From: Terriglobia bacterium
Lineage (GTDB): Bacteria > Acidobacteriota > Terriglobia > JAJPHL01 > JAPKYU01
Reading direction: 5' to 3'
Assembly: GCA_965206645.1 (NCBI GenBank)
Contig: CBDBKE010000004.1
Coordinates: 2,048,001 to 2,112,000, forward strand
Length of the DNA stretch: 64,000 nucleotides
Shown here: piece after piece, positions 60,654 to 64,000 of the stretch
Layout of the letters: every line of letters starts with the position of its first letter
Position numbering within the stretch: the stretch's first letter is position 1
The notes under the pieces: model-generated
Told to the model about the DNA's origin: nothing
The model's database searches: none
Seen by the model: the letters and a program-made list of their open reading frames with translations, nothing else
Translations under genes and position numbers: made by a program

Positions 60654-61547
60654 ATGATTTGCTTGGTGCTTGCGCTCTTCTTGGTTCTGTTTTCGGCTGG
60701 ATCCAGTTTCGGGCAGACCAACCCGACCCAGACAGATCCGTCCCGCTTGAAAGAAACCACCCAGCATACCTATGGGCCGTTCACCTTGAAGGGCCAGTCC
60801 CTGCAACAGATGGCGGAGCCCAAGGAGGTGATCTTCCCGGATGACGACGTGTGGCTGGTGGGCTACCACACCGAAATAGTTGATGGCTTGGGCAACCGGC
60901 TTCCCCGGGAACTGCAGTGTCATTCCTTTCTAGGAAGCAGCAATCCGCACAACCTTCCCGACGACTTCGCCTTGGGCCTGTTCTCGGATGGCTACACGGA
61001 AAGCATCCAATTGCCCCCAGGTTTCGGCATTTTCTTCAAAGCCGGCGAGCGTCTCACGTGGACCCCGCTGTTTAACAACCGGAATCCGCTGCCCGTGACT
61101 GCTTCCATGCGGGTTCGGTTGGATTTGATTCGCGCCCGCGACCTGCCCCAAGGGCTGAAGCCTCTCACCACGACGGTCCGCAGCGTGCACAAGGACAAGG
61201 GGAGCAACATGTATATGGTTCCGCCGGGTAGAGACGTGCGGGAAAACACGTCCCACTTGCCTTTCGTTGGGAAAATCCATGTGATGGGAGCTCATCTCCA
61301 TCCCTACGGAGTGTCGGTGGAACTGGTGAACCTGACGCGCGGCCACTCGGTTTGGAAAGCCGTGGGCACCAAGGATGGAAGCGGAAAACTGGTGAAGATG
61401 CCGGTCTACGTGAACCCGGAAGGCTATGACGTGGAAGCAGAAGAGCAGTTCAAGGTAGTGGCCGTCTACGAGAATCCAACCGAGCAGCCGGTGGATGCCA
61501 TGGCCGGGGTCTTCATTCTGTACTCGCAGGCCGAAACCGCTCCCTGA
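60654..61547 (+). CDS. Exported protein resembling copper type II monooxygenase domains
   Basis: Signal peptide; GAHLHPYG, YENPT..DAM. Confidence 0.65.
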   Translation: MICLVLALFLVLFSAGSSFGQTNPTQTDPSRLKETTQHTYGPFTLKGQSLQQMAEPKEVIFPDDDVWLVGYHTEIVDGLGNRLPRELQCHSFLGSSNPHNLPDDFALGLFSDGYTESIQLPPGFGIFFKAGERLTWTPLFNNRNPLPVTASMRVRLDLIRARDLPQGLKPLTTTVRSVHKDKGSNMYMVPPGRDVRENTSHLPFVGKIHVMGAHLHPYGVSVELVNLTRGHSVWKAVGTKDGSGKLVKMPVYVNPEGYDVEAEEQFKVVAVYENPTEQPVDAMAGVFILYSQAETAP

Positions 61548-61905
61548 CGGGTCGTCTCCCTTCGCCCCGCCCGTAAGCAACCCACCAAAGCCCAGGGGTA
61601 TAGCGCAGGAACAAGACTGGCGAGAAAAGCCGGTAGTGGGCTACCTTGATTCCCGTGGGAGCTGTCGTGGTCGTAGCGGCGGCCTTTAGGCCGCCATGGT
61701 TTTGGCAGGCCGAAGCCTGCCGCTACGCCAACAACCCGTGGCAGGCTAAAAGCGTCCAAAAGGGTCAAAACAGCCCACTACCCCCAAGCCTCAGTACTTC
61801 ACGGCTGAGTGCCTCGTCAGAGCCACCAGAACGCACCTGGCGCGCCCCAGCCGCGTTGTCACGACTAGCTTAGACTCATCTGGTGATTATGATGGGAGAA
61901 AGCAA

Positions 61906-61937
61906 GTCCGCCTCCAGACTTGCGTCTGGAGGCGGAC
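61906..61937 (-). terminator. Terminator-like hairpin after the TonB receptor
   Basis: Perfect 14-bp stem GTCCGCCTCCAGAC / GTCTGGAGGCGGAC. Confidence 0.75.
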
Positions 61938-61955
61938 CATGTGTGTGGATAGGAG

Positions 61956-64000
61956 TTAGAAGTTGATCTTCAATGCCATCTGCCCATTTCGAGGCGAGTT
62001 CCCCAGGCCGCCAACCAGGCCAAAGGCAGCAGAGGTGACATCAGCATTAGAACCACCGAACCGCGTGCGGTTGAGGACGTTGTAAAACTCCATCCGCCAT
62101 TCGATGTTGATGGTTTCGGTGATAAACGTCCGCTTCATCAAGCTGAAGTTCTCGTTGTAGAAGGGGAATTGCCGGGCATTCCCAAAGCCACCAGGCGCGT
62201 TTCCGATGGTAAACGGGTCGGGAACCGTAAAAGCAGATTTGTCGTAGTAGCGGTCGCCGTTACCGGGGTCGAAACCGCTGGTGACTCCTAGCGGACTCGC
62301 TCCCGAAACCACGTTGGGAACGCTGCGGCGAGTAAACAAGCCCACGAGGTTGGGGGTAACAAACGCACTCGGATTTCCCGACTGGTAGTGGACAACCGTG
62401 TTGATTGACCAGCCGCTCAGCACCTTGGCCGTAACGCCGGTGGTGCCGCCGCCTACCAGCTTTCCGGGACCGAACGGCAATTCATACATCAACGCCGTGA
62501 CAAATCGGTGCGGAATGTCGGCAGGCGAAAGCGACTTTTCCAGTTGGCGGTTAAAGAAGTCGCGCGAATTGTGCCCAAAGAAGCCGCCCCAATTCGAATC
62601 CGAGTCGGTAATCATCTTGGACCAGGTGAACGAACTCAGCAGGTAAAAGCCCTGCGTGAGCCGTTTCTCGAGCTTCAATTGGAATGAGTGGTAGGTTGAG
62701 TTTCCGATGGGGACCGCGTCAAGTGTGCCCCCCCCGACTCCCGAATCAACGGTCCCGACATCGCTGAACTGCGGGAAAGGCCGCAAGGACTGGGCCAGGG
62801 AGCCCTCGAAGCTTGGGTAGGGACGCCCGAAACCAGCGGCCGCAACCAAAGGGTCGTCAATGTTGCGTTGGAGCAGGGTCCCCAGCGAGAGGAAGCTGGG
62901 ATTGACCTGGTTCTGATTAAATATTCCGCTCATCAGCCGCGTTCCCTTACTGCCCACATAGCCGGCGTCGATGAGCCAGCTGCCGGGCAACTGATGCTGA
63001 ATATTGAAGCTCCATTCCTGCCTGTAAGGTATCGTGGTGGACTCGTGGAAATTGTTGGCTTGGCTGCCATTGGCGAACGCAGGATCGATAAGCGGAGGCC
63101 GTAGATAGGTTGGAAATCCCACGGCATCCCAGTTGAAAGCAGGCGTGAGGCCGTCATCGGGCGATCTGGGAGTGGGAAGGGCCTGAAAGCCTAACGCCGA
63201 GCGCCGCATGTTTCCGCCCAGTTGATAGGTACTCCCAAAGAAGTGAATGCCGTATCCGATCCGAAGCACCGTGTTCGGCGCAAACCTATAGGCCAGACCG
63301 AGGCGCGGAGAAAAGTTTGTCTTCTCGGTCCCTACATTGCCGAGCAATTGACTGGTGCCGGTGCGGCCCGGGCCTTGCCCAGCAAAGATCAGCGCGCCAG
63401 GCCGTCCGCCGGCGCCGGGATTGGCCAGGTTCAGATCCAGGGTGGACCAGCTATCACCGGCCTCCCCCATGGGAGTGAACATATCCCACCTCAAACCCAG
63501 GTTCATAGTGAACTTCGGAGTGATCTTCAAGTCATCCTGGAAGTAGAATCCCAGCCAGGTGGACCGAGCCCGCGATGTATCGCCCACAAAGGACGGGTCA
63601 AACATTGTGGCGTTGTCCACCGCGCCTAACAAGTAGCTCCCAAACGCGTAGCCCGTTGAGCCCAACCCAGGAAACCCAGTCTCGGTGTTCTCGAACACGT
63701 AGGTGGGGTTGGATGGTTTTGAAAACTGGTCCGCTCGCACATAGCGAACGTCTATACCGAACTTCATGTTGTGCTTGCCACGAATCGCAGACAAAGTGTT
63801 CTGAAACATGAAGGTGTCTGCAATGAAGTCAGTGAAGGTACCGAAGTCGCCCCCTGCAGCGCTAACGTTGACATAGGGAGCCATTTGGATCACGGGAAAC
63901 GCGCCGTCAAGGATGCCTGCGAAGGGCGCCTGCCCCTGCGGACCCCGGGTCCCGAGGCCCAGAATGTCAGCCCACCCGTCTCCATGGCCCGTGATAAAGA
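61956..64000 (-). CDS. Oar-like TonB-dependent receptor (5' end outside window)
   Basis: YFQDDLK, NLGLRWD, FSPRLGLAY, terminal QMALKINF. Confidence 0.93.
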   Translation of the reverse strand, partial: FITGHGDGWADILGLGTRGPQGQAPFAGILDGAFPVIQMAPYVNVSAAGGDFGTFTDFIADTFMFQNTLSAIRGKHNMKFGIDVRYVRADQFSKPSNPTYVFENTETGFPGLGSTGYAFGSYLLGAVDNATMFDPSFVGDTSRARSTWLGFYFQDDLKITPKFTMNLGLRWDMFTPMGEAGDSWSTLDLNLANPGAGGRPGALIFAGQGPGRTGTSQLLGNVGTEKTNFSPRLGLAYRFAPNTVLRIGYGIHFFGSTYQLGGNMRRSALGFQALPTPRSPDDGLTPAFNWDAVGFPTYLRPPLIDPAFANGSQANNFHESTTIPYRQEWSFNIQHQLPGSWLIDAGYVGSKGTRLMSGIFNQNQVNPSFLSLGTLLQRNIDDPLVAAAGFGRPYPSFEGSLAQSLRPFPQFSDVGTVDSGVGGGTLDAVPIGNSTYHSFQLKLEKRLTQGFYLLSSFTWSKMITDSDSNWGGFFGHNSRDFFNRQLEKSLSPADIPHRFVTALMYELPFGPGKLVGGGTTGVTAKVLSGWSINTVVHYQSGNPSAFVTPNLVGLFTRRSVPNVVSGASPLGVTSGFDPGNGDRYYDKSAFTVPDPFTIGNAPGGFGNARQFPFYNENFSLMKRTFITETINIEWRMEFYNVLNRTRFGGSNADVTSAAFGLVGGLGNSPRNGQMALKINF

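Overview
A heavily decayed, IS-riddled mosaic of mobile DNA (about 1-43 kb) followed by more host-like genes (about 44-64 kb). An Oar-like TonB receptor, Ser/Thr-kinase scraps and an SBBP-type fragment suggest an Acidobacteria-like host (inference). At the left, two related tyrosine integrases with the same non-canonical active-site motifs converge on an intact tRNA-Val(TAC). The island holds a RepA-type replicon remnant, three toxin-antitoxin pairs, a Sel1-repeat protein, an REase-NACHT protein, an intact three-gene Lamassu/ABC-3C system and several broken nuclease genes. IS30, IS3, IS5, IS21, IS1380, IS256 and IS481-type elements or remnants and three copies of a 131-bp MITE are scattered through the window. 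The island ends near a tRNA-Gly 3' fragment with attP-like arm repeats on both sides. The most notable unexplained structures are: (i) a 170-250 bp att-like repeat in three copies, carrying the same tandem motif found beside integrase 1 and truncating a different mobile-element gene at the same point each time; (ii) an in-frame-UGA UxxC selenoprotein missed by the ORF track; (iii) a shared promoter-like repeat in front of unrelated cargo genes; (iv) an orphan attC cassette; (v) a gene bracketed by 66-bp direct repeats. All calls are from motif recognition by eye; no database search was run.
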